Below, piece by piece: positions 19,372 through 28,844 of a stretch of 64,000 nucleotides of DNA. Source of the stretch: a virus; IMG/VR virus record IMGVR_UViG_3300021168_000013; one strand, given 5' to 3'. The position numbers and the translations under genes are program-made. Numbering within the stretch: position 1 is the stretch's first letter; each line of letters begins with the position of its first letter. The notes below the pieces were generated by a model. That model was given only the letters and a program-made list of their open reading frames with translations. It made no database searches and was not told where the DNA came from.

Positions 19372-19773
19372 ATGAATAAAAATATACAAACAAAAAACAA
19401 GACTGGTAGAAAGAATAATACGGGCCAATTATTAACGTGGCCATCCGTTGAATTTTTCACCCAGAAAGATTTGGAAAAGACTAACCCAACCATGGTGAGG
19501 ATTACTCTCAGAACCAAATATAAAAAGCAGATAGGTAGCAAGATTAAGGAAATCGGAGTATTACATAATGGCAAGGGTCGTCCAACCAATGTATATGCTA
19601 TGATTCCAGTCAATGCCTCAACTATTGATAAGGCCAAGACTGCTGGCGTAATTCTTCACACTGAATATTTAGCCAAGAAGGTTGCTGATATCACTAGTAA
19701 CGCACCGACTGTAACAACTCCTGCCCCAACTATCCCAGTAGTTGCACCTGTTACCGAAGAAGTAGCGGTATAA
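19372..19773 (+). CDS. Putative winged-helix DNA-binding protein
   Basis: FTQKDL...VRITLRTK...EIGVLHNGKGRPTNVY wing motif; basic N-tail, PT/V-rich C-tail. Confidence 0.5.
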   Translation: MNKNIQTKNKTGRKNNTGQLLTWPSVEFFTQKDLEKTNPTMVRITLRTKYKKQIGSKIKEIGVLHNGKGRPTNVYAMIPVNASTIDKAKTAGVILHTEYLAKKVADITSNAPTVTTPAPTIPVVAPVTEEVAV

Positions 19774-19786
19774 TCAATTTAATTGA

Positions 19787-19825
19787 TTGACAATGTGTTC
19801 CGTATGTAGTAATATACATACGGAA
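19787..19825 (+). promoter_or_regulatory. Promoter overlapped by an 11-bp inverted repeat (also a possible terminator)
   Basis: TTGACA-17-TAATAT; stem TTCCGTATGTA-GTAATA-TACATACGGAA (19798-19825) puts most of the -10 in its loop. Confidence 0.6.
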
Positions 19826-19835
19826 CTTTCCATTT

Positions 19836-20108
19836 ATGAAACATATCTTAATATATTTAATCCAACATACCAAGAAATACGCCGTTTGGTTTACCGATGA
19901 AACTAGGTTACTTAATTTAAAAGACTTGGTTAAAGATATTCAGGATGATCAATATATTGGTAATGGGTTTGTGATAAATAGTGATCAGATCGGTGAAAAA
20001 TGGGAAGTGAAATCCGCCAAAGTTAAGAAAATTTCAAAGAATAGAAATCAATTAAAAGCCACAATTGAGGTTGAGTGTAAACTACTCTTAAGAAAAACAC
20101 AAGAATAA
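19836..20108 (+). CDS. Hypothetical protein
   Basis: 90-aa ORF downstream of a promoter. Confidence 0.55.
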   Translation: MKHILIYLIQHTKKYAVWFTDETRLLNLKDLVKDIQDDQYIGNGFVINSDQIGEKWEVKSAKVKKISKNRNQLKATIEVECKLLLRKTQE

Positions 20109-20122
20109 AATAATAAAACTTG

Positions 20123-20151
20123 TTGACATTATATCAACAATGTTGTATAAT
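20123..20151 (+). promoter_or_regulatory. Consensus sigma70 promoter with operator-like palindrome
   Basis: TTGACA-17-TATAAT; TTGTTGA-N7-TCAACAA inverted repeat spans the -35 and spacer. Confidence 0.85.
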
Positions 20152-20208
20152 CATACATAATACGTTGAGTTACTAAACTTTAACGAAATATAAAAAAGGA
20201 AAAAACAT

Positions 20209-20424
20209 ATGATGATAATCAAAAATAACAATAAGAACAAGACCCATTTTGTCTATGACAAGTGTGGACAATTAGAGACGTTTATCTCTACACCGTTCAA
20301 GAACTCTAAGCGTGGTACACGATTGACCGTCCGTGAAGGCGCAAATCGATTGGACTTGAACGGTCGTGAAGTTAAGCTTCTCGCCTCTGTTTTGAATAAA
20401 GCACTCGAATTGAGCAACAGTTAA
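20209..20424 (+). CDS. Small basic hypothetical protein
   Basis: 71 aa; AAGGA SD-like sequence 8 nt upstream. Confidence 0.6.
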   Translation: MMIIKNNNKNKTHFVYDKCGQLETFISTPFKNSKRGTRLTVREGANRLDLNGREVKLLASVLNKALELSNS

Positions 20425-20429
20425 GCATC

Positions 20430-20807
20430 ATGTGGAAAACAATTATAAAATATATAATTGGTATTTCCGTGATCATTGGACTGCTCGTTCTTGACTATAG
20501 TACTCCATTAGCCATACCACCCACTATTACGTTGGTGGTATGTCTCTTTATATATCAGGAACGAAAAATACGTTCCTTGACCAAGGAAACCCAAATCAAT
20601 GTTAATTACATTGAAGCACTGATGAAAAATATAAAAACCATAAATGATAATTTGAAGTCCTTGGACAAGGATTATCGTGTCATTTTTAAGAAATTGGAAA
20701 AGTGCGAATCAATTATAGATAAAGTTAAAGTAGAAAAAAAGCTTGAAATTAACCGAGTATATGGTAAAATAGGAAATGCGAACCAAGTCTCAAGAACCAA
20801 AACCTAA
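20430..20807 (+). CDS. Membrane protein, two TM helices plus coiled coil
   Basis: YIIGISVIIGLLVL and ITLVVCLFIY hydrophobic segments followed by heptad repeats. Confidence 0.6.
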   Translation: MWKTIIKYIIGISVIIGLLVLDYSTPLAIPPTITLVVCLFIYQERKIRSLTKETQINVNYIEALMKNIKTINDNLKSLDKDYRVIFKKLEKCESIIDKVKVEKKLEINRVYGKIGNANQVSRTKT

Positions 20808-21237
20808 ATCTTTATTTGATCATTTGAATGAAATAAAGCTTGGTAAGTCTCCTGACTATTACCACGATCTTACTGAGCAAGAAAAGAAGAACTTTAATCA
20901 ATATGTGATATTGATGGGATTAGGAATGGATGAAAATTGTTTAGATGTAGTAGCGATTATATCCAAATATCTAAACATTATACCAGATGAACAATTTTAC
21001 GAAGTGTGTAGAACATTGGTTCCATCAACTAGAAAATTCACTAAATGGATAAAAAGCGGTAAATCAAAGGTAAATAAAGAAATTCTACAGAGAATTGCGG
21101 AATATTACGAAATAGGAATAAGTGAGGCAGCGGAAGCCTGTGAAGTATATAGTGATGATGAATTGAAATATGTCATTAATGGAATATTAGGGAGATATGG
21201 TTATTCCGAGAAAGAAATTAAGGAATTAATGAAATGA
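20776..21237 (+). CDS. Clamp loader small subunit (T4 gp62-like)
   Basis: SLFDHLN..., FNQYVI, RKFTKWIK, IAEYYEIG..EA pattern. Confidence 0.75.
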   Translation: MRTKSQEPKPKSLFDHLNEIKLGKSPDYYHDLTEQEKKNFNQYVILMGLGMDENCLDVVAIISKYLNIIPDEQFYEVCRTLVPSTRKFTKWIKSGKSKVNKEILQRIAEYYEIGISEAAEACEVYSDDELKYVINGILGRYGYSEKEIKELMK

Positions 21238-21851
21238 GCGATATTAAATACATAGGTGTGACTGGTTTGGCTAGATCGGGTAAAAATCTATATTGTGACA
21301 TTTTATCCAACCAATTGAAGACTAAACATGGATTATCTTCTAAAACTTATGCTCTTGCTTATGAATTAAAAAAAGACTGCGAGGATTTCGTTAATAATAA
21401 GCTTGGATTGGATGTGTTTACCGAAGTAACAGACCAAAAATCAATATTTCGAGAAATGCTTGTGTGGTTTGCCGCCATTAAACGTAAACAGACAAAGGGT
21501 AGATACTGGTTGGAACTCTTAAATAAGCGATTGCTTCGTGATATAAACCCACCAGACGTTATTATCATATCCGATATAAGATTTGCTGAATTCCCAACAG
21601 ACGAAGTATTCTGGCTTAAAAATGAATTAAAGGGCAAACTTATTCATGTCAGTAAATATACCCACCCACTTTTGGATAAAACTCGTAGAATCTACATGGA
21701 ACCACCCAATGCAGCAGAAGCCAAAAATGATCCTATGGTTAAAGAATTGGCGGATTATAAACTCGAATGGGAAGATGTGGGTGGTGACGATCTTCTAAAT
21801 AATCAATATTTGAATTCGGTAGTAGAGAAAACCCTAGAAATCATCTTGTAA
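21234..21851 (+). CDS. Deoxynucleoside monophosphate kinase
   Basis: IGVTGLARSGK P-loop, YALAYELK, IIISDIRF. Confidence 0.8.
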   Translation: MSDIKYIGVTGLARSGKNLYCDILSNQLKTKHGLSSKTYALAYELKKDCEDFVNNKLGLDVFTEVTDQKSIFREMLVWFAAIKRKQTKGRYWLELLNKRLLRDINPPDVIIISDIRFAEFPTDEVFWLKNELKGKLIHVSKYTHPLLDKTRRIYMEPPNAAEAKNDPMVKELADYKLEWEDVGGDDLLNNQYLNSVVEKTLEIIL

Positions 21852-22113
21852 TAGTGGCCAAAGTGTGGTTATTCTGCTTGAATTCAATGTGACTTTCTCT
21901 AATCTTATTGAACAAGGTTGATTTATTAGCCATTATGGTTGAAATAGACTGGGAATAGATTCTATCACATTCTTGTAATTTGTTTTGCTTATCATGTGGT
22001 TTACAGGAACAAATCACACCATATTCCCTCACACAGTTCCCAATAGAGGATAAATTACTCAGTCCCGCTGAATTTAAGAGATTATTGAATTCCGTAAAGT
22101 TGTTTATGGTCAT
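21841..22113 (-). CDS. Hypothetical protein
   Basis: 90 aa, coupled by ATGA overlap to the upstream minus-strand gene; CTATTTAT motif upstream. Confidence 0.5.
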   Translation of the reverse strand: MTINNFTEFNNLLNSAGLSNLSSIGNCVREYGVICSCKPHDKQNKLQECDRIYSQSISTIMANKSTLFNKIRESHIEFKQNNHTLATITR

Positions 22114-22436
22114 AAAAGTCTAACTAATAAATAGTAAAACACTAATGACACAACGCAGACTATCGGAATATCAATATAATTAAATAACAATAAACAGCTA
22201 ATAATACAAAGCCATATATTAAGGCATATTGGACATGTGATCAGCCTCACAAGAAATGTATTATAATTGTATAGTATAAACGCATGATATTCTATAGTAA
22301 CGTCGTTGGTTTTAGCCACCTTATAGGCATTGATTTTGAATACATCGAATGGAACCCACCCAAAGTATTCAATAAACGCATCGGTGTTGAACCACACCAA
22401 TAATACCATAATATGTAAGCATATAAGCGAGATCAT
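22110..22436 (-). CDS. Small membrane protein with CPxC motif (DUF1360-like)
   Basis: Start reassigned to ATG 22436 because the longer ORF overlaps rfbH; LITCPICLNIW plus hydrophobic helices. Confidence 0.6.
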   Translation of the reverse strand: MISLICLHIMVLLVWFNTDAFIEYFGWVPFDVFKINAYKVAKTNDVTIEYHAFILYNYNTFLVRLITCPICLNIWLCIISCLLLFNYIDIPIVCVVSLVFYYLLVRLL

Positions 22437-22461
22437 ATTGCTTAATATATATTGAATTCTA

Positions 22462-22490
22462 TTGACAATTCCATTATTATAATCTATAAT
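22462..22490 (+). promoter_or_regulatory. Consensus sigma70 promoter for rfbH-epimerase
   Basis: TTGACA-17-TATAAT. Confidence 0.85.
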
Positions 22491-22511
22491 GTGTGGGTAT
22501 AACCAATAATT

Positions 22512-23840
22512 ATGAATAGACGTGAACTGATTGAAGAATTCCTCGAAAAAGTAAAAAAACAAGAAGGTAATATACCAAAATTTTGTCATAATTTAAACGC
22601 TCCACCAAATAAAGTATATTACTCAGGAGCATATTTTGACAATAATGAACTAATCGCGGCTATTGATGCATTATTATTTGGCAAATGGTCTAGTTCAGGA
22701 GAGATATGTGCTAAATTTGAGAAGGAATTCAGCAAACATATAAACCAAAAATCTTCATTTTTCACCAATAGTGGTAGTTCCGCCAATCTACTATTAATCG
22801 CCGCGTGTAAAGAATACTTTAAATGGAATGATGGGGATGAGATTATTGTATCGGCAGTGGGTTTTCCGACTACAGTATCATCCATAGTTCAGAATGGATT
22901 AAAACCTGTATTTACTGATATTGAATGGAATACTCTAAATTTTGACTTGGATAAGGTTGAGTCTGCATATTGTAGTGAAATTATCAAATCTTCTCCGGGA
23001 CATCACGTTAGAGCCATATTTCTATCCCCAGTTTTGGGTAATCCTCCTGATATGAATAGATTAGTTGAGTTTTGTAGACACAACGAAATAGTATTACTGT
23101 TGGACAATTGTGATTCATTGGGGTCTAAATGGAGAGGTAAATATCTGAATGAATATGTTACGGCATCATCTTGTTCTTTCTATCCCGCTCATGAAATAAC
23201 CACATTGGAAGGCGGAATGGTTTCTTCCAATGTGGAGGAAATTGTTCAATTGGCCAGAAGCTATGCTACATGGGGTAGAGATTGTTGGTGTGTTGGTACT
23301 GCTAATTTATTGGCTAACGGTTCATGTACCAAGCGGTTCTCTAATTGGTTGACGGACTTCCCCGACACTATTATTGATCACAAGTACGTATTTAATAGAA
23401 TAGGCTATAATTTGAAGCCATTGGATTTACAGGGGGCAATCGGATTAGAACAATTAAAGAAACTTGATTATATATGTGAAACCAGAGCTAAGAATCAAGC
23501 CTTGATACAGAGTTTATTCGATACCTATATTAAAAAATTGAGATTCCCGTTGGTTCTAACAGAAACTTGGTGGGTTCCGTTTGGAGTGCCCATTATATGC
23601 GATTCAAAAGAACAGAAAAATAAGCTAGTCGCGTACTTAGAAAAGAATGGTATTCAGACTAGAAATTATTTCGCAGGAAACCTATTGATGCATAATGGTT
23701 ATAAACATTTGGGAGATTTTAAAGATTTCCCAGAATCCAATAAAGTATTGGATTTGGTATTCTTTGTCGGTTGTTCACCCACCATATCTCCCGATAACAT
23801 TAATTATATAAAAGAGGTATTATCTAAATATGAAAATTGA
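22512..23840 (+). CDS. rfbH: NDP-4-keto-6-deoxyglucose 3-dehydratase (RfbH/DdhC)
   Basis: NSGSSANLL, LDNCDSLG, SFYPAHEITTLEGG (His in place of the PLP Lys), WGRDCWC...C Fe-S motif. Confidence 0.88.
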   Translation: MNRRELIEEFLEKVKKQEGNIPKFCHNLNAPPNKVYYSGAYFDNNELIAAIDALLFGKWSSSGEICAKFEKEFSKHINQKSSFFTNSGSSANLLLIAACKEYFKWNDGDEIIVSAVGFPTTVSSIVQNGLKPVFTDIEWNTLNFDLDKVESAYCSEIIKSSPGHHVRAIFLSPVLGNPPDMNRLVEFCRHNEIVLLLDNCDSLGSKWRGKYLNEYVTASSCSFYPAHEITTLEGGMVSSNVEEIVQLARSYATWGRDCWCVGTANLLANGSCTKRFSNWLTDFPDTIIDHKYVFNRIGYNLKPLDLQGAIGLEQLKKLDYICETRAKNQALIQSLFDTYIKKLRFPLVLTETWWVPFGVPIICDSKEQKNKLVAYLEKNGIQTRNYFAGNLLMHNGYKHLGDFKDFPESNKVLDLVFFVGCSPTISPDNINYIKEVLSKYEN

Positions 23841-24645
23841 TTTATTTGGAGGCACTGGATTCATTGGTAGTAATTTTAAACAATTATACGGTGAGGATGT
23901 GTTTGTTCATCCACGGGAAGATAACGTTCCCACAACAGATAATGTACTTTACATGATAAGTACCACACACAATTATCATGTATTTGATGATATTCATAAA
24001 GACGTGGACACCAATCTTACTAAATTATTGAGCGTGTTACAGCATTGTAAGGATAAATCTCTAACGTTTAACTTCGTAAGTAGTTGGTTTGTGTACGGGA
24101 AATGTCATTTACCAGCACGAGAAGAAACTACGTGTAATCCAAAAGGTTTTTATAGTATAACCAAGAAATGTGCGGAGGATTTAATTATAAGTTACTGCAA
24201 AACATTTGGAATAAAATATCGCATTTTGAGACTATGCAATGTATATGGCAAAGATGACGCGAATGTATCTAAACAAAAAAATGCTTTACAATATCTAATT
24301 GATGAAATAAAAAAAGGAAACACAATCAATTTATATTATAATGGAGATTTTTTTAGAGACTATATGCATGTCATGGATGTATGTAAAGCAATTTATTTGT
24401 GTATCATCATGTCACAACCAAATCAAATTATAAATATCGGGAGTGGCAGACCTCAGAATTTCAGAGAATTGATAGATTTTACTATAAAGGAAACTGGGAA
24501 CAATGTTATCATTAACAATGTTGATGCTTCCGATTTTCATAAATTGGTTCAGACAGAAAGCATGTATCTGGAGGTATCCAAATTAGAATCACTTGGATTT
24601 AAACAAGAAATTGACATTTATAGTGGTATAAGAAGCTTACTGTAA
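23830..24645 (+). CDS. NAD-dependent epimerase/dehydratase
   Basis: GGTGFIG, SSWFVYG, YSITK (YxxxK), RLCNVYG. Confidence 0.9.
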   Translation: MKIDLFGGTGFIGSNFKQLYGEDVFVHPREDNVPTTDNVLYMISTTHNYHVFDDIHKDVDTNLTKLLSVLQHCKDKSLTFNFVSSWFVYGKCHLPAREETTCNPKGFYSITKKCAEDLIISYCKTFGIKYRILRLCNVYGKDDANVSKQKNALQYLIDEIKKGNTINLYYNGDFFRDYMHVMDVCKAIYLCIIMSQPNQIINIGSGRPQNFRELIDFTIKETGNNVIINNVDASDFHKLVQTESMYLEVSKLESLGFKQEIDIYSGIRSLL

Positions 24646-25431
24646 TGATTTCTCATTAGTGTTAGAGTCGTGTTTCGGCAATCTTCCCCATTTATACTTG
24701 AAGTATTCAAAACATGCATTTTCAGTTTCTTGATTTGATTTGATTTTATCAGGAGTTCTAGTTCCAAGAGACACAAAATGATAAAAATGGCAATTATATG
24801 TTCTAAGCATTTTCATTCCAGCCATCTTACATTTCATGAAGAATTCCCAATCAACAACCCATGGTCCCGGATAATTTTCATCAAATCCACCGATTCTTAG
24901 ATAATCATTCTTGTGTATCAAGAAAGGAAATGTCGATCCACACTCGTCTTTAATATGTTGTTTTTTTAGGATATATTCTAATCGTATAGCACGTTCGGAT
25001 TTCAAAAATTCATCCAAGTTAAACACACTTGGATCAGTACCTAGATTTTTAATATAGAACTGTTTAAACATACTAGAATTTGGTTCTATTTGATTGGCTG
25101 TCAAAACACTGTTTGGTTCATAGTGGCCTTGTAATTTATCATCCCAACCATTAGGGAATACGTTATCATCCTGCACATGAAATACCAAATCATTTGAGGC
25201 ATTACAATGTCCATAGTTCATGGCTCTTATCATACCAACGTTATCCTCTAGATTTAAAACGTCTATGTTATTTTTATATTTATCGAGAATGGCTTTATTA
25301 ATATCGTAAAATCCATCAACCACAACTATTATTTGATTCTTGTTAGTCTGACCAGTTATGGCTGACCGTAAACATAAATCTAAAGCTTCTGGTTCTTTGT
25401 ATGTTGGTATGATAACCGATATTTTATTCAT
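24637..25431 (-). CDS. Glycosyltransferase family 2
   Basis: SVIIPTY, VVVDG, QDDNVF, GGFDENY...DWEF. Confidence 0.85.
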   Translation of the reverse strand: MNKISVIIPTYKEPEALDLCLRSAITGQTNKNQIIVVVDGFYDINKAILDKYKNNIDVLNLEDNVGMIRAMNYGHCNASNDLVFHVQDDNVFPNGWDDKLQGHYEPNSVLTANQIEPNSSMFKQFYIKNLGTDPSVFNLDEFLKSERAIRLEYILKKQHIKDECGSTFPFLIHKNDYLRIGGFDENYPGPWVVDWEFFMKCKMAGMKMLRTYNCHFYHFVSLGTRTPDKIKSNQETENACFEYFKYKWGRLPKHDSNTNEKSLQ

Positions 25432-26129
25432 ATTTTGGCCCAATCAACCAATGGAGTTAGCCAAGGTATTTCACTATGTGTGGATTTACCGGGAATACAT
25501 GATACTATGGAACGATTATATATTTGAACTAATTCACAACATGCTTCATAGTCTCTTGGATAAGAAGTCAATAAGTATTTTTCCCATATATCTTTATCTT
25601 TCTTAATAACATCACCATTTACGGCAAACGTCATTGTTACTGAATTTGTAAGTTTCCAGTGTATTGATTTGGTTAATACCACCCTAGTAATCTCGCCACC
25701 CCCATCGATCTGTGGATTTCCACCCATGTTGGCATCTATATATTTATCAGGATGATCATATAGAGTAGCATAATTACTAACTGATAATCCTTCTTTAAGA
25801 AGTTTAAACGAATTCGGTAGATGAAAATAATCATCTTCCACGAAATATGCAGTATCTTTATCACCAATGGTTTCACAGCACTTTCTCATACAATGTCTAA
25901 ACGTGTGAGCATTGTTTAATTTGGTTTCTTCTATTTTAATGTTAGATTTTTCTTTCGATCTAATAAATGACATTAATGCTGGTTCAGTTACATTGTCAGC
26001 GGCAATAAGTATATCATTTTCGGGAAAATCAAATTCGGCAAGGAAATTGTCCAGACAATGTTGTTTGGTAGCATTGGACAGTCTGTTCTTTTTATAAGAA
26101 TTATTGCTGATTCTGTAATATATCTTCAT
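25428..26129 (-). CDS. GT-A fold glycosyltransferase-like protein
   Basis: YFVEDDYFH DxD-like motif inside the glycosylation operon. Confidence 0.6.
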   Translation of the reverse strand: MKIYYRISNNSYKKNRLSNATKQHCLDNFLAEFDFPENDILIAADNVTEPALMSFIRSKEKSNIKIEETKLNNAHTFRHCMRKCCETIGDKDTAYFVEDDYFHLPNSFKLLKEGLSVSNYATLYDHPDKYIDANMGGNPQIDGGGEITRVVLTKSIHWKLTNSVTMTFAVNGDVIKKDKDIWEKYLLTSYPRDYEACCELVQIYNRSIVSCIPGKSTHSEIPWLTPLVDWAKI

Positions 26130-26334
26130 TTTGTTCCTTAAATACTTCTATACATAATACGTTCTTATCATTCACCATTACCATAGTTCCATCTTTCTTA
26201 AGAAACTTAGTAAATTGACCTTGTGATATAGATGATGACACTATTCCACTAAATGTTCGCTTTTCTCCACCAACAAAATGGATTATTTGGGTAACGGTAT
26301 CTCCCTGACTATTAACTGATGATTTTAGATTCAT
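26101..26334 (-). CDS. Small beta-rich hypothetical protein
   Basis: 77 aa from ATG 26334 (ATGA overlap with upstream stop). Confidence 0.6.
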   Translation of the reverse strand: MNLKSSVNSQGDTVTQIIHFVGGEKRTFSGIVSSSISQGQFTKFLKKDGTMVMVNDKNVLCIEVFKEQNEDILQNQQ

Positions 26335-27134
26335 ATACTTATACATTCCTGATTTATATTATGATAATGACATACACCAATCTCTTCTAGAAATATATTT
26401 TTATGACTACAATCGCATACTTTATAATTCTCCACTAAGTTTAACAATTCATTGAATGCAGCATCTGATATTAAATGTTTACATTTGAATTTGTTTCTAA
26501 TCACACATTTTGCCAACAATTTCTCACAACTGAAGTTTGGAATATATTCCCATACTTTACCATTAAAATTACGAACCGAATTGCAATAATTGTATGCGTC
26601 GTCCACATCCTTTTCATTATTGATATAATCCACTGTGTTTTTTATTATATAAAAATTGGTTTGGGGATATAAATAATCATCGGTCATGTAGTTAGCCATA
26701 TAATTTTGAATATTGTGATCGAATTTATTTAATCCTGAATATCCTATTGCTTGAAGGAAATAAAAATCATATTCATCCGTAACAGGATACTTTAGCAATC
26801 TATCTCCCAATAATATATCATTTACTCCCTTGTATATAAAGTTTATAGGTAACATCTTAGCATAATTAACCACGGCATTATCGCTATCCATGTATCCAAT
26901 GGTATGTCCTCTGTTTTTTTTGGGCGGAAGGATTATAACATCTTTGCCAAATACTGTCCTCCATACGGCATCATAATCAGATAGATATGGTTCTGCCACA
27001 TCTGAGCAATTTTGATGAACTACTATATAATTAAATTGGGACATGATTGAATAGTTATGTAACAACATACGATTCAATGTCTCTATGTCTTCTTTTTTAC
27101 TTAAATGTCCTATACTACAATAACAGTTATTCAT
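26331..27134 (-). CDS. Hypothetical protein, possible glycosyltransferase
   Basis: 267-aa coupled ORF in the glycosylation operon; NRGHTIG..D and NDILL motifs. Confidence 0.5.
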   Translation of the reverse strand: MNNCYCSIGHLSKKEDIETLNRMLLHNYSIMSQFNYIVVHQNCSDVAEPYLSDYDAVWRTVFGKDVIILPPKKNRGHTIGYMDSDNAVVNYAKMLPINFIYKGVNDILLGDRLLKYPVTDEYDFYFLQAIGYSGLNKFDHNIQNYMANYMTDDYLYPQTNFYIIKNTVDYINNEKDVDDAYNYCNSVRNFNGKVWEYIPNFSCEKLLAKCVIRNKFKCKHLISDAAFNELLNLVENYKVCDCSHKNIFLEEIGVCHYHNINQECISI

Positions 27135-28018
27135 GCAATCTTATTTAAAATATATCTAGCCATTTCCTTGGTGGTACAGTGTTGTTTAAAATGTAAAAAA
27201 CATTCATCCATTATATCATAATATTTAGTAATGTCAAAGTCTTTGTTTATTAACTCATTACCACGCTTAATTGCATCTTTCGGTAAAGTAGTCAATGTAT
27301 GTTCCGGACATTTATCTATGTCTAAGAAATAAGGCATACAGTAATTACCCATTATCTCATAATGTCTCATGCAATCCCATCCTGCTTTTTTCATTGTAAC
27401 TCCATAATATGAGTTATTATAATCTTTGAAATAATCAGTTTCATTACTGAAAATATACGTTGATTTTTCTCCGGGAATCACAGTACCATAGGATTGAATC
27501 TTCTCTTTATTAGGAGTGGATATCTTACATGTTGGATATGAAAATGATATTGGAAATACATTAGAATGATATGAATAACACTCTCTTTTGAAATACGGAT
27601 GAATATCAGATAAAGAATGAACATAACAATCATCATTGCCATCTAATAATACTATTTTCTTAGGATCGTATACTTTTTTTACAAGTTCAAAATAATCAAG
27701 ACATCTTCTGGAAGCACCATACACTATTAAATCATAATATTTATTCTCGATTTTAGATTGTATATTAATTCTATTAGGATTGTCACCATCAATTAACCAA
27801 AAAGCCGTCATTCCTCCCCACAAACATTGTTTTGGTATTTTGGATTGATTTTCTTTATATAATGATATGATCGGGGTGGAATCCACTATTTCATCTATAA
27901 CACCATCTTTAAACAATTCATAGAAACCATAGTAGGTTAAGTCATTTAAATAATCAGATATATAACCACCACTACATGCTGCAATAGAATTGTGATTTGT
28001 AATATACAATACTTTCAT
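27131..28018 (-). CDS. Putative GT-B glycosyltransferase (GWDCMRHYEI family)
   Basis: LLDGND, YFKRE, KKAGWDCMRHYEIMGNYCMPYF. Confidence 0.55.
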   Translation of the reverse strand: MKVLYITNHNSIAACSGGYISDYLNDLTYYGFYELFKDGVIDEIVDSTPIISLYKENQSKIPKQCLWGGMTAFWLIDGDNPNRINIQSKIENKYYDLIVYGASRRCLDYFELVKKVYDPKKIVLLDGNDDCYVHSLSDIHPYFKRECYSYHSNVFPISFSYPTCKISTPNKEKIQSYGTVIPGEKSTYIFSNETDYFKDYNNSYYGVTMKKAGWDCMRHYEIMGNYCMPYFLDIDKCPEHTLTTLPKDAIKRGNELINKDFDITKYYDIMDECFLHFKQHCTTKEMARYILNKIA

Positions 28019-28019
28019 A

Positions 28020-28844
28020 TTATAATGTTATCCATCCTTCTGGGAATAGAGTATCTATATTGGTTATATGAGTGACCGATTTACCGAACCAATGACTTTT
28101 TGGTGCCACTGTCATAGTGTCTTTGTTTTTGTTAAGATAAGCCGCCCACCAGCTAAATGTACTGTTACCTAATATATTATGATTGCATAGACTCATGAAC
28201 ACCAAATCGGATATGTTAGTTTCATTTTCTATAAAATTGACATTGTCTGGAAACATTCCCTTAGCAAAGGCGATATTGTCTGAAAAAACATTTATGTTTT
28301 GTATATCACGTAAATCGCATATCATATTGATAGCTTCTTGATAATACTCGGATGGCACAATAGGAAACGAATCTCTTAAAAGATGTCTATCTCCGCCTAC
28401 TCGTACATGGACAGCTATTGAATCGGGTATTATATTCTTATATTTATCCCGAACATAATTAACATGACTATCTCTGAACTTGTAATAATCATTCACAATT
28501 TTATATTTAATGTCGTTAAAATAACGATCACTCTGGAAATAACCAGATATCAACATGTTGTCTTTGGCTTTAACCGGTTGATATGAAAAATTATATTCTG
28601 GATTAGTGGGATGAACTGCATCATTATGATGATATGTATCATATCGCTGTGAAAACTCATTAACAAAATTGAATTTATGAGAAAATAGGTTAGGAATCTC
28701 TAATGGTCTATGATCGTTTGATATATAACAATCACGAATCTTTAAGATTTCATAATTTGTTCCTAGTTTTTCCGTAAGAGACAAACAGTTGGCCAGTTGG
28801 AATAAGTTATTACCCAATTCTCCAGAAAACATGCATGATATCAT
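28020..28844 (-). CDS. GT11 alpha-1,2-fucosyltransferase-like
   Basis: GELGNNLFQ, GYFQS, HVRVGGD, ILGNSTFSWWAAYL. Confidence 0.88.
   Translation of the reverse strand: MISCMFSGELGNNLFQLANCLSLTEKLGTNYEILKIRDCYISNDHRPLEIPNLFSHKFNFVNEFSQRYDTYHHNDAVHPTNPEYNFSYQPVKAKDNMLISGYFQSDRYFNDIKYKIVNDYYKFRDSHVNYVRDKYKNIIPDSIAVHVRVGGDRHLLRDSFPIVPSEYYQEAINMICDLRDIQNINVFSDNIAFAKGMFPDNVNFIENETNISDLVFMSLCNHNILGNSTFSWWAAYLNKNKDTMTVAPKSHWFGKSVTHITNIDTLFPEGWITL

Noticed and set aside
22437-22589. N-terminal 51 aa of the tracked 22110-22589 ORF
   Set aside because: Overlaps the rfbH promoter and start on the other strand; ATG 22436 gives a compact membrane protein.
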